Assembly: GCA_040377305.1 (NCBI GenBank)
Contig: JBEIPA010000003.1
Location: 96,001-160,000 of the forward strand
Source of the DNA: Flavobacteriales bacterium
GTDB taxonomy: Bacteria > Bacteroidota > Bacteroidia > Palsa-965
DNA: 64,000 nucleotides
Reading direction: 5' to 3'
Part shown: positions 10,337 to 19,577 of the stretch, one piece after another
Position numbering within the stretch: position 1 is the first letter of the stretch
Layout of the letters: the number at the start of each line of letters is the position of its first letter
The notes under the pieces: model-generated
What the model was told of the DNA's origin: nothing
Seen by the model: the letters and a program-made list of their open reading frames with translations, nothing else
Databases searched by the model: none
Program-made: the position numbers and the translations under genes

Positions 10337-10344
10337 CAAAGATA
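10337..10344 (-). promoter_or_regulatory. Putative -7 promoter element (TATCTTTG) 4 nt from the GTG start
   Basis: Exact match to the TAnnTTTG consensus. Confidence 0.55.
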
Positions 10345-10384
10345 AACTGTTCTAGGTTCTAAGTTCCCGGTTGGAATAACTGTA

Positions 10385-10416
10385 AAACAAAAGGGTTCTT
10401 TGTATAGAACCCCTTG
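10385..10416 (-). terminator. Intrinsic terminator downstream of ahpC
   Basis: Hairpin AAGGGTTCT/AGAACCCCTT, followed on the minus strand by TTTTGTTTT. Confidence 0.6.
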
Positions 10417-10445
10417 TGCAATTACATCTAAACTTGAACCTATTT

Positions 10446-10475
10446 CTGAGAACTGAGAACTGAGAACTGAGAACT
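10446..10475. repeat. Perfect 7-nt tandem repeat (CTGAGAA)x4 abutting the ahpC stop
   Basis: ctgagaactgagaactgagaactgagaact; degenerate complementary arm gttctaggttctaagttcc at 10349-10367. Confidence 0.85.
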
Positions 10476-11107
10476 TAGTGTGCGGCAAGATATTCTGCCA
10501 CTCCTTTGTGCGTTGCTTTCATTCCGCTCTTGCCTTTCGTCCAGTTAGCAGGACAAACTTCTCCGTGTTCTTCATTGAACTGAAGCGCGTCAACCACACG
10601 AATCGCTTCATCAACATTGCGTCCGATAGGAAGATCGTTAATCAACTGATGACGAACAAGTCCGTTTTTGTCAATGAGGAACAAGCCACGGTATGCAATC
10701 ATTTCAGATGATGCTACCATCAATCCTTCTTCCGATGCATCAAAAGTTCCGTTCAGTACACCGAAGTTGTAAGAGATTGTCTTGTTGGTATCTGCAACGA
10801 TCGGGTAAGTTACACCCTGAATGCCACCTTCTTTTTTCGGCATCTGTAACCAGCCCCAATGGCTCTGTTCTGTGTCTGTAGAACATGCTACCACTGCAAC
10901 ATTGCGGCTTTCAAATTCCCCAAGTGCTTCCTGAAAAGCATGGAGTTCAGAAGGACATACGAATGTGAAATCTTTCGGGTAGAAGAAGAAGATAACGTGT
11001 TGTTTTCCGATAAACTGATCGAGAGAGAAATCGTTCACGATATCCTTTCCGTTTACTACTGCACTTGCTTTGAATGACGGCGCTTTTTTTCCAACGAGTA
11101 CTTGCAT
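10475..11107 (-). CDS. ahpC: Typical 2-Cys peroxiredoxin (AhpC/Prx1)
   Basis: FFYPKDFTFVCPSE peroxidatic motif and GEVCPANW resolving motif. Confidence 0.95.
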   Translation of the reverse strand: MQVLVGKKAPSFKASAVVNGKDIVNDFSLDQFIGKQHVIFFFYPKDFTFVCPSELHAFQEALGEFESRNVAVVACSTDTEQSHWGWLQMPKKEGGIQGVTYPIVADTNKTISYNFGVLNGTFDASEEGLMVASSEMIAYRGLFLIDKNGLVRHQLINDLPIGRNVDEAIRVVDALQFNEEHGEVCPANWTKGKSGMKATHKGVAEYLAAH

Positions 11108-11320
11108 GATAATTTAAATTTTTAAGTGTGTATATCGACGTGTGGCGGTATTGAAGTTTCTGACCTAATTCCGCCAAACGCCCGCAAAATTACTCACGAA
11201 ATGGGTGCTGAATGTATAAAAATTATCTATACTGTAGGGATATGTATTGATAAATGTGATGCGTCGCCCTTCGAAGTAGTTTCAATTTTTCTAATCTTCG
11301 AATTCAAATCAGAAAACACC

Positions 11321-11791
11321 ATGCCAACTGTCGGTCAACCCGCGCCTGAATTCTCTCTCTACAACACGGAGAAAAAGCAAATCAACCTAAAAGATTTACG
11401 TGGCAAAAACGTACTTCTTCTTTTCGTTCCGTATGCATTTACCGGAACCTGCACGAAGGAGCTTTGCATGGTTCGCGATGACATCACTTATTTTGATCAC
11501 ATGGATGCCGTCGTTTTCGGAATCGCTGTTGATACGCCGTATGCACTCGCGAAGTGGAAAGAAGAACAGCGACTGAACATGGATTTGCTTTCCGATTTCA
11601 ATAAGGAGGCTATGACCGCATACGATACGAAGTATGATGTATTCGGAGCTTTCCAGTATCGCGGTGTCGCAAAACGTTCAGCGTTTGTGATTGACAAAGA
11701 AGGTGTTCTTCGTTATTCCGAAGTTTTAGAAAACGCCGGCGACATTCCGAGTTTTGATGCTATCAAGGCCTGTTTGGAAACTCTGAGATAG
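11321..11791 (+). CDS. Peroxiredoxin (AhpE/BCP-like redoxin)
   Basis: MPTVGQPAPEFSL; PYAFTGTCTKELC (PxxxTxxC plus a second Cys); KRSAFVIDKEG. Start re-assigned to ATG 11321. Confidence 0.9.
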   Translation: MPTVGQPAPEFSLYNTEKKQINLKDLRGKNVLLLFVPYAFTGTCTKELCMVRDDITYFDHMDAVVFGIAVDTPYALAKWKEEQRLNMDLLSDFNKEAMTAYDTKYDVFGAFQYRGVAKRSAFVIDKEGVLRYSEVLENAGDIPSFDAIKACLETLR

Positions 11792-11796
11792 AAATT

Positions 11797-11988
11797 GGAA
11801 CGCTGATTTTTATTTACGCGACTTGTTAGTCCTTCACTCGGATCACTCTGCTGAATACTTCGTGCGGGTATTGGATTTTATGAGATAAACTTAAGCCTAT
11901 CTCATAAAATCAAAATTCCAAATTCTCTATTCACCCTAAACATCCGGGAAAAGTAGTAGAAAACAACGGACATCAAAATCCGCGTTCC
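11797..11988. repeat. MITE-like nested inverted-repeat element between convergent genes
   Basis: Terminal IRs GGAACGCTGATTTT (11797-11810) and AAAATCCGCGTTCC (11975-11988) match at 13/14; internal perfect 14-bp IR GATTTTATGAGATA / TATCTCATAAAATC (11874-11911). Confidence 0.7.
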
Positions 11989-11990
11989 TA

Positions 11991-13415
11991 TTAGTGCGCA
12001 CTAACGGCTTTTTTATCGAAGTCAATCCCTTGCGATTTCAAAATAGAGGTTGCCTTCCAGGCGTAAAACGCGAGGTAAAGAAAACAACCCACACCAACGA
12101 GGTAACTGTACTGAATTCCAAGTAGGTCATCAGCCGAAAGAACTCCCTGTAGCAAGGCAATAAGCCCACCGCCCATGATCATCATGATCAAAAAGCCGGA
12201 ACCTTGATTCGTATGTCTTCCCAATCCTGCAATTGCCAGCGTAAATATGCATGGCCACAAAGTGCTGCAAAAAAGCCCGACGCTGATGAACGCAAAAACA
12301 CTGACCATTCCACTCGTGAACATGCCCACGAAAAGTGCGATGATTCCTGCGGCCGAGAAAATTAAGAGCTGTCGCGCCGGATTCCCTTTACTTAAAAAGT
12401 CAGCTATGATCAACGCAAGAATTACCAATCCATATACGTAGAATGGAGTCGGATCTGTTCCCGCAATCCAGTTCACAAACAGGAAAAATGCAAAAGCGAT
12501 GTAAGGAACTAGGAAACTCATAATTGCTTTCGACTCTTTTTTCATGGGGAAAGTACCGACGGAAGAAGTCCACCGACCAATCATTAAGCTGGCCCAGAAC
12601 AAGGATACATACGGTGCAATATTGGCCGTTTGAGTTCCCAGTTTTTGCTTCATGTACTCGGGCAGATTGCTCGCAGTACTCACTTCGACTCCAACATAAA
12701 CGAAGATGGCGATCATTCCTAGTACGAGTTGCGGATAGTTCCATGCGCTTCCTCGGTCTTGTACGTTCGACCGAACCTCCTTATCCGTAGCCGCTTCAAT
12801 CCTATCGGGAATAGATGAGAACTTGAACATGACGGCAACGAGAAGGAACGCAGCTGCCAGTATGAGGTAAGGTACTTTTACACTTTCAAGGTCCAGTGTT
12901 GATCCTCCTTTGATTGAACCGAAAATCGCGAAACTAATCAGGAGAGGTCCGATTGTTGTTCCAATATTATTAATGCCACCTGCGAGGCTAAGTCTTTGCG
13001 AACCTTTTGTTGGATCACCCATTACAATTGCTAACGGATTGGCTGCAGTCTGCTGAAGTGAAAAGCCCAAGGCAACTATGAACAAGGCCGTAAGCATTAA
13101 TCCAAATGATGCCGTTTCTGCCGCTGGATAAAATAGTAGCGCGCCCATTGCAGAAATACACAGCCCTGTAGCGATTCCATTTTTATATCCCATTCGGTTC
13201 AATAGATCCCCGCGACGACCTGAGGATATGATCAGGTAAATGATGGAGCCCACCGTATACGCCACGTAAAATGCTACATCGATAAGTTGCACTTGCCACT
13301 GAAGTAATCCGAGTTTTTCCTTATACACCGGGATTAGAATTCCGTTGCTGGCTGCAACAAATCCCCAAAAGAAGAATACCGATATAAGGGTGAGAAGCGG
13401 TCGGTTTATGTGCAT
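11991..13415 (-). CDS. FucP/GluP-family MFS sugar:H+ symporter
   Basis: FFFWGF; LQQTAANP; IFVYVGVEV; FCSTLWPCIFTLAIAGLG; MMIMGG; more than 12 TM segments. Confidence 0.9.
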   Translation of the reverse strand: MHINRPLLTLISVFFFWGFVAASNGILIPVYKEKLGLLQWQVQLIDVAFYVAYTVGSIIYLIISSGRRGDLLNRMGYKNGIATGLCISAMGALLFYPAAETASFGLMLTALFIVALGFSLQQTAANPLAIVMGDPTKGSQRLSLAGGINNIGTTIGPLLISFAIFGSIKGGSTLDLESVKVPYLILAAAFLLVAVMFKFSSIPDRIEAATDKEVRSNVQDRGSAWNYPQLVLGMIAIFVYVGVEVSTASNLPEYMKQKLGTQTANIAPYVSLFWASLMIGRWTSSVGTFPMKKESKAIMSFLVPYIAFAFFLFVNWIAGTDPTPFYVYGLVILALIIADFLSKGNPARQLLIFSAAGIIALFVGMFTSGMVSVFAFISVGLFCSTLWPCIFTLAIAGLGRHTNQGSGFLIMMIMGGGLIALLQGVLSADDLLGIQYSYLVGVGCFLYLAFYAWKATSILKSQGIDFDKKAVSAH

Positions 13416-13449
13416 AATCGCGATTATTTGCCTAAAAGTAGCGGAAATC

Positions 13450-13538
13450 GGCATTAAGGCACTGGGTTATTGGGGTATTCGATCATTGGTTTTGAAAAGT
13501 TATACCCAAATACCCTAATGCCCCAATGCCTTAATTCC
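13450..13538. repeat. Inverted pair of degenerate 8-nt tandem arrays (GGCATTGG-like / CCCCAATG-like)
   Basis: ggcattaa ggcactgg gttattgg ggtattcg atcattgg ... cccaaata ccctaatg ccccaatg ccttaatt cc. Confidence 0.75.
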
Positions 13539-13687
13539 GTTCGGGTTAGCGGTCGCCACCAACGTGGAATATTCATCTGCGAACGCGTTTTGTAACCCGA
13601 CCAAACAGCCTTTCTTTTTGAAAATTGCCAGATTTTGACTTACTTGCGTCGACTTTTAAAACACCCTACTTAACGCTACGGAATTCA

Positions 13688-14575
13688 ATGAAAGTACAGT
13701 TCAGATTAGCTGCAGTTATGGTCATTGCGTTTGCATCGATGACCGCCTGCTCTCCCAACGAAGGTGATGGTGGAGATTCAGATTCTCCAATCCAGGAAAC
13801 TATTGACGTGAACAACTTCAGAGTGAAAGGGCAGAATTTCATGATGCCTTCTCCGATGCAGATCGCCAATATGATCCAGAAAAGTGGATCTAACTACAAC
13901 AAAGCGATGCTTAATCCTGTTGCGGGCGCTTCGAAATATACGGAAAGCATGAAGCAAGCGCTCAACCTCGGTGTTTATGGGGCTGATCTTGGTTACATCA
14001 CCATGTACAGTAACACGCAGGACGCACTGGAGTATTACAAAACCGTTAATACACTGGCTGATCAGTTGAAAATCACTGCTAGTTTCGATCCAACCCTTCT
14101 CAAACGTTTCAGCGATAACATCGCGAACAAAGATTCAATCATGTCATTGGTTGGTGAAGCTTTCCGTCGCAGTGATAATTTCCTTCGTGATAGCGAACAG
14201 GATCACCTCGCAACATTGATTTTGGCTGGCGGATGGGTGGAGTCAATGTACTTTGCATTGAACACATATAAGGCTGAGCCAAATAATCAGGATATGGCTA
14301 TTCGAATTGGAGAACAGAAAACTACTTCTGCGGGATTGTTGAAACTGCTTGTAGAAAGCGAAAAGCCTGAGTTTGCTGAGCTCATTACGCTCATGCAGGC
14401 ATTGGATGCTGAATATCAGAAAGTGGAAATCAAATACACGTTTGCTGATCCTGTTCACGATGAAGGTGCTCACGTAACTACAATCAACGGAACAACGGAC
14501 GTGAAGATTTCTCCGGAACTACTTGCTGCTCTGCTGGAAAAAGTAACTGCGGTACGTAACTATATTGTCAACTAG
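13688..14575 (+). CDS. Hypothetical all-helical lipoprotein
   Basis: Lipobox MTAC after a hydrophobic leader; motifs ALNLGVYGADLGY and LILAGGWVESMYF. Confidence 0.75.
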   Translation: MKVQFRLAAVMVIAFASMTACSPNEGDGGDSDSPIQETIDVNNFRVKGQNFMMPSPMQIANMIQKSGSNYNKAMLNPVAGASKYTESMKQALNLGVYGADLGYITMYSNTQDALEYYKTVNTLADQLKITASFDPTLLKRFSDNIANKDSIMSLVGEAFRRSDNFLRDSEQDHLATLILAGGWVESMYFALNTYKAEPNNQDMAIRIGEQKTTSAGLLKLLVESEKPEFAELITLMQALDAEYQKVEIKYTFADPVHDEGAHVTTINGTTDVKISPELLAALLEKVTAVRNYIVN

Positions 14576-14595
14576 ATTTTCCCTCTGAACGATAT

Positions 14596-14634
14596 GAAAT
14601 CCGGATGGTAGCGTCAGGATTCACGAATTCGAAA
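14596..14634. repeat. Imperfect palindromic element, copy 1
   Basis: GAAATCCGGATGGTAGCGTCAGGATTCACGAATTCGAAA; related copy at 19144-19181. Confidence 0.6.
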
Positions 14635-14652
14635 TTGAAAACATAAGATACC

Positions 14653-15105
14653 ATGAGTAAAAAAATATTTGGTCTCGTAATTCTACTCGCTGCAGGAATC
14701 ACTGCACTGGCTCCGAATACAAATGCACAGGAAATGTGTGCGAACACGGCGAAATTATGTGCTGCACACATTGTAGCTCCTTTCGTTTCCGACGGACAAA
14801 CTTACCGTGCATTCGTTACAGCCGGTCAGGATGCTCAGTTCAATGCTACTTTCTTCGCTGGTACAACATACCGCGTGGCAGGTGCAACCGGAGAAACAGA
14901 AGGCAACCTTACTTTCTCTTTGTATTCTGTGGACCCGAATACTGGTCAGCACGACATGATCTTCACGAACAGTCAGCACAACAACGCTCCTTATTGGGAC
15001 TTTAAAGTAAATTCTACCGTAGAAGTAGCAATTACGGCAACACTTAACCCTGCTTCAGGCAAGGAATCGGGTTGCGCAGTTGTCCTCGTAGGATTCAAGC
15101 AATAA
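14653..15105 (+). CDS. Small exported hypothetical beta-sandwich protein with 3 Cys
   Basis: Signal peptide ending TNAQ; MCANTAKLC and SGCAVVLVGFK. Confidence 0.75.
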   Translation: MSKKIFGLVILLAAGITALAPNTNAQEMCANTAKLCAAHIVAPFVSDGQTYRAFVTAGQDAQFNATFFAGTTYRVAGATGETEGNLTFSLYSVDPNTGQHDMIFTNSQHNNAPYWDFKVNSTVEVAITATLNPASGKESGCAVVLVGFKQ

Positions 15106-15120
15106 AATTTACATTAAGAT

Positions 15121-15156
15121 AAAGCCCGCTCTGTCCTCGACGGAAGCGGGTTTTTT
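15121..15156 (+). terminator. Intrinsic terminator
   Basis: AAAGCCCGCT...AGCGGG followed by TTTTTT. Confidence 0.75.
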
Positions 15157-15297
15157 ATGTGCCGGCTCTAAGGAGTGACATTCACCCATACATGTGCCAA
15201 CACAACAACGAAAACTAATTGTCATATCAACACATTCGCATCTCGGCACATCGGATATTTTTCTATTTTTAAGCATTCTTGCTACTACGATTAATTT

Positions 15298-18200
15298 ATG
15301 AGTGAACGAATACTAAAAGCCTTAATGCAGCTTTTCGCAATCATTGCGAGAGTTGATGGCGTAACTTCTGCGAGTCGTGGCATCGTTGAATCGTTCCTCA
15401 AACAGCAACTCAGCTTAGATCTTGTTGATGAATACCTCCGCGTATTCGACGATTTTCTGGAGCAGCATCATCAGGTTTCAAAACGAAAAGATGGTGGAGC
15501 AAAACGTACATCTCTCGCTTCAGTAAAAGTTCTTCGTATCTGTACCCAGATCAACGAAGAGCTCGCGCAGAAACAGAAGGTGGTCGTGTTGTTGCGACTA
15601 ATTGAATTCATCCACTCAAGTAATGATATTTCTGAACAGGAATTAGAATTCGTTCAGACAGTCTCTGAAACATTCAACATCGAGAATGAAGAGTTTCTTC
15701 GCATGCGAGCTTTCGTTGAAAAGCCAATCGAAGAGATGCTGGATAAGGAAGAGTTCCTCGTTATCGATGGGAAAGCGGAACAGAAGTTTGATCACGCACA
15801 CCATATTTACGTTGACTCGATGGGTGGCGGAAGTGTGTGCGCTATCTCCATTCCTTCAGTGGGAATGTATGCGTGCCGTTACTTCGGTGGAACAGAACTT
15901 AACCTGAACGGACAAGCAATGATTCCGAACAAGGTGTACATCCTTACACCAGGTTCATCACTGCGTAGCTCGAAAGTTCAGCCGATTTATTACAGCGATA
16001 TTATCAGTGCGTACATGAGCCGTGGTACACGTACACGTATCACGTTCAACGCAAACAATATTGAATTTGCTTTCAAAGGCGGCAAGCTTGGATTGCGTGG
16101 TGTAAACATTCACGAAGAATCCGGTAAGCTCATTGGAATTATGGGTGGTTCAGGTGCGGGTAAATCTACACTCCTGAACGTACTCAATAGTAACGAAGTT
16201 CCGACCAAGGGTGAAGTGCTGATCAACGGCATCGACATTCACCGTCAGAAAGACAAAATCGAAGGCGTAATCGGAATGGTTTCTCAGGATGACTTGCTCA
16301 TCGAAGAACTCACTGTATTTCAGAACTTATTTTATAACGCAAAACTTTGCTTCGGAAACTGGCCTGATCAAAGAATCATCGAAACAGTAGATGAGCTTCT
16401 TTCAGATCTTGGTCTCGATCAGGCGCGCAACCTCAAAGTGGGTTCGCCACTCGATAAAAAGATTTCCGGTGGACAACGTAAGCGTCTCAACATTGCACTC
16501 GAATTGATTCGTGAACCATCTGTTCTCTTCGTGGATGAACCTACATCAGGTCTTTCTTCCCGCGATTCGGAGAACATCATGGACTTATTAAAAGAGCTCG
16601 CGCTGAAAGGCAAGCTCGTGTTCGTTGTAATTCACCAGCCTTCTTCCGACATCTTCAAGATGTTTGATAAGCTCCTGATTCTCGACGTAGGTGGTTTCCC
16701 GATTTATTACGGAAACCCGGTTGACGCAGTAGTTTACTTCAAGAAGATGGTAAACCATGTAAACAGCGATGAGAGTGAATGTCCGACGTGCGGTAACGTA
16801 AACCCCGAACAGATATTCAACATCATCGAGGGCAAGGTGGTGGATGAATACGGAAATCCTACACGGAACAGAAAAGTTTCTGCGGCGGAGTGGAACAAGT
16901 TTTACAAAGAACACATTGAGGAAAAAGCAGATGCTCTTCCTCCTTCAGCTGAAAATCCGGAGAGTACGTTCAATATTCCGAATAAGCTCAAGCAATTCAT
17001 CGTGTTTTGCACGCGTGATATCCGCTCCAAGCTGACCAATACGCAGTACATGTTAATCAACATGCTTGAGGCGCCTGTACTTGCATTCATTCTAGCATAC
17101 CTCGTGAAGTTCTGGAATACGGATGTGTCAAATAAAGACGGTTACGTTTTCCGGGCGAACGAAAACATGCCAGCGTATTTGTTCATGTCGGTTGTGGTTG
17201 CACTCTTCATCGGTCTCACGGTTTCTGCAGAAGAAATTATTCGCGACCGTAAAATCCTGAAACGCGAATCGTTCCTTAACCTGAGCCGTTCGTCGTATTT
17301 GTTCTCGAAGATTTCAATCATGTTCGTGTTGTCGGCAATTCAGACTTTCACGTTCATTCTCGTTGGGAATTTTGTACTCGGCATCCAGGACATGTGGATG
17401 GATTACTGGCTGGTGTTATTCTCTACGAGCTGTTTCGCGAATATGCTTGGTCTGAACATTTCATCAGCGTTCAATTCTGCTGTTACGATTTACATTTTGA
17501 TTCCGTTCCTGATTATCCCGCAGCTCTTGTTGTCGGGTGTAATCGTGAAATTCGAAAAGCTGAATCCGGATATCACTTCTCAAAGTACTGTTCCGGTTGC
17601 GGGTGAAATGATGGCATCGCGTTGGGCTTTCGAAGCACTTGCTGTGAATCAGTTCATGAAAAACGAATACGAGAAGCAGTTCTATAAGTACGACGAGATG
17701 ATGAGTATCTCCGACTTCCGCAAGAACTACTGGATTCCGCATCTCCGTGGCAAAATCGACAAGTGCGAAACGAATGCGAAGAACGGCGACAAAACTGCGG
17801 AACAAACAGCAGACATTGAACTGATCAAGTCGGAAATCACACTTGACCTTGCCCGATTGAAAGAGCTCATGAACCGTAAGAAGATCGCAACGATCGCAAC
17901 TACGCTCATGACTCAGCTCGAAGGTCTCGAAGGAAAAGTGAAAGCCTGCGATGCATCGAAGTTTGCTACTGAAAATGCAAACGACATGCGCAACTACCTG
18001 AACCTGGTGAATTCGGTTTACATCAAAGTGTTCAACTCAAACAGCGAAGCACGCGATAAATCAATCCGCGATAAGAACAAAACCGACGCCGACAAAGAAG
18101 CATTTGTGAAGCTGAAGAATGATTACATGAATGAAGCGATGGCTGATCTGGTTCGTAATGCGAATGAGTTCAACAAGATCATCGAACAGGACGGTAAACT

Positions 18201-18444
18201 TATTCAGCGCGCAGATCCTGTGTTCCTCGAGCCATTCCAAAGCGACATGGGTAACTCACATTTCTTCGCACCGCGTAAGAAAATCTTCGGCCATTATTTC
18301 GATACATTCTGGGTGAACCTCTGCGTTCTCTGGGGAATGTCGCTCACCATGGCAATTACACTTTACTTCGATCTGCTTCGCAAGTTGATTGATGGTTTGG
18401 GAAATCTCTTCGCACGGTTTTCGAAGAAGGGGAAACCCGCTTAA
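15298..18444 (+). CDS. ABCG-like (NBD-then-TMD) ABC transporter with an N-terminal TerB-like domain
   Basis: N-terminus LMQLFAIIARVDG...ISEQELEFVQTVSETFNI (TerB-like); Walker A GGSGAGKST; signature ISGGQRKR; Walker B LFVDEPTSGL; H-loop VIHQP; ABC-2 TM domain (EIIRDRKILKRE) with a large periplasmic insert. Confidence 0.9.
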   Translation: MSERILKALMQLFAIIARVDGVTSASRGIVESFLKQQLSLDLVDEYLRVFDDFLEQHHQVSKRKDGGAKRTSLASVKVLRICTQINEELAQKQKVVVLLRLIEFIHSSNDISEQELEFVQTVSETFNIENEEFLRMRAFVEKPIEEMLDKEEFLVIDGKAEQKFDHAHHIYVDSMGGGSVCAISIPSVGMYACRYFGGTELNLNGQAMIPNKVYILTPGSSLRSSKVQPIYYSDIISAYMSRGTRTRITFNANNIEFAFKGGKLGLRGVNIHEESGKLIGIMGGSGAGKSTLLNVLNSNEVPTKGEVLINGIDIHRQKDKIEGVIGMVSQDDLLIEELTVFQNLFYNAKLCFGNWPDQRIIETVDELLSDLGLDQARNLKVGSPLDKKISGGQRKRLNIALELIREPSVLFVDEPTSGLSSRDSENIMDLLKELALKGKLVFVVIHQPSSDIFKMFDKLLILDVGGFPIYYGNPVDAVVYFKKMVNHVNSDESECPTCGNVNPEQIFNIIEGKVVDEYGNPTRNRKVSAAEWNKFYKEHIEEKADALPPSAENPESTFNIPNKLKQFIVFCTRDIRSKLTNTQYMLINMLEAPVLAFILAYLVKFWNTDVSNKDGYVFRANENMPAYLFMSVVVALFIGLTVSAEEIIRDRKILKRESFLNLSRSSYLFSKISIMFVLSAIQTFTFILVGNFVLGIQDMWMDYWLVLFSTSCFANMLGLNISSAFNSAVTIYILIPFLIIPQLLLSGVIVKFEKLNPDITSQSTVPVAGEMMASRWAFEALAVNQFMKNEYEKQFYKYDEMMSISDFRKNYWIPHLRGKIDKCETNAKNGDKTAEQTADIELIKSEITLDLARLKELMNRKKIATIATTLMTQLEGLEGKVKACDASKFATENANDMRNYLNLVNSVYIKVFNSNSEARDKSIRDKNKTDADKEAFVKLKNDYMNEAMADLVRNANEFNKIIEQDGKLIQRADPVFLEPFQSDMGNSHFFAPRKKIFGHYFDTFWVNLCVLWGMSLTMAITLYFDLLRKLIDGLGNLFARFSKKGKPA

Positions 18445-18724
18445 CAGTCGGCAGTCTTGCAGCCTCGCAGTTGGAAGTTTTCAACCAGTATTGGATAACG
18501 TAAACTGCTCCATGACCAAGTCCTGCATCCGAAGTATTCTCTGATGGAGTTATAACCAGCATCATCACCCACAATCTGCACATTACGGATAATGGTATTT
18601 AGCGCGCCTTGAGGGATTGCCTCTTCTAATTTGGCACGTAACATTTATTATCACCATGGGGAACATGTTCTACAACTATATTGATGGTGTCGACCTAATT
18701 TTAGCCGGATTTAATTTTAACGAC

Positions 18725-19120
18725 ATGGAGAAGAAAGACCGATTAGCACAACTTCACAAAAAGATGATTGCGGAGATTCAAGACTACGCCATTATTCTTT
18801 TGGATGTTGACGGTACCATATTATCATGGAATATGGGTGTCGAGAAGATCAAAGGCTATAAGGAAACGGAAATTATCGGACAGAACTTTAGCATCTTTTA
18901 TTTACCCAGTGACAGACAAGCAAAATTGCCGGAGCAGTTGTTGGCTCTTGCGCGTAAGGAAGGACGGGCGGCACATATCGGTAGACGTTTGCGTAAGGAC
19001 GGAACGATTTTCTGGGGGAGTATTACGATCACGGCACTCCATGATGAAGCTGACGAGATAATTGGATTTACGAAGCTTACACGCGAAATACGCGACGGAC
19101 AGCAGTCGACCAATTATTAA
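18725..19120 (+). CDS. Stand-alone PAS/PAC domain protein
   Basis: QDYAIILLDVDGTILSWNMGVEKIKGY..EIIGQNFSIFY; PAC motif RLRKDGTIFWGSITITAL...GFTKLTRE, then a stop. Confidence 0.85.
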   Translation: MEKKDRLAQLHKKMIAEIQDYAIILLDVDGTILSWNMGVEKIKGYKETEIIGQNFSIFYLPSDRQAKLPEQLLALARKEGRAAHIGRRLRKDGTIFWGSITITALHDEADEIIGFTKLTREIRDGQQSTNY

Positions 19121-19143
19121 TTCTGTTTTGTAAATTGCAGTAG

Positions 19144-19181
19144 GAAATCCTGACGTTCCATCTGGGTTCACGAATTCGAAA
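19144..19181. repeat. Imperfect palindromic element, copy 2
   Basis: GAAATCCTGACGTTCCATCTGGGTTCACGAATTCGAAA. Confidence 0.6.
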
Positions 19182-19196
19182 CAAACTTTAGATCGA

Positions 19197-19577
19197 ATGA
19201 AAACTACTGCCATTAAAACGGTTGCAGACTGCATTGCAACATTTCCACCCGAAACACAGAAGCTTCTGAAGCAAGTTCGCGCGACTATCAAAAAAGCCGC
19301 ACCAAAAGCAGAAGAATACATTGGCTATGGTATGCCAGCCTATAAGTACAACGGCAAGCCACTCGTTTATTTTTCAGGATTCAAAAGCCACATCGGATTT
19401 TACGCAACACCAACCGGCCACGCGGAATTCAAAGCGGAACTCGCACAATACAAACAAGGCAAAGGCTCTGTTCAGTTTCCGATTGATGAACCCATTCCAC
19501 TGAAACTCATTGAACGTATTGTGAAGTTTCGCGTGAAAGAAAATGCTGTGAAGGTAAAAGCTGCAAAAAAGAAATGA
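19197..19577 (+). CDS. YdhG/DUF1801-family protein
   Basis: IKKAAPKAEEYIGYGMPAY; HIGFYATP; GKGSVQFP. Confidence 0.9.
   Translation: MKTTAIKTVADCIATFPPETQKLLKQVRATIKKAAPKAEEYIGYGMPAYKYNGKPLVYFSGFKSHIGFYATPTGHAEFKAELAQYKQGKGSVQFPIDEPIPLKLIERIVKFRVKENAVKVKAAKKK

Noticed and set aside
11126-11320. N-terminal extension of the second peroxiredoxin in the ORF track
   Set aside because: It is the divergent promoter region; homology starts at ATG 11321. I similarly trimmed over-extended starts at 2178, 13454, 13625, 18617, 23933, 29634, 31145, 44513, 45069, 48019, 50569 and 53624.
15217-15260. Weak 8-nt periodicity (acacattc/gcacatcg) upstream of the ABC gene
   Set aside because: Too degenerate and lacks a clear complementary arm.
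18441-18644. 67-aa minus-strand ORF after the ABC transporter
   Set aside because: No recognisable motif; too short to support as a gene or pseudogene.
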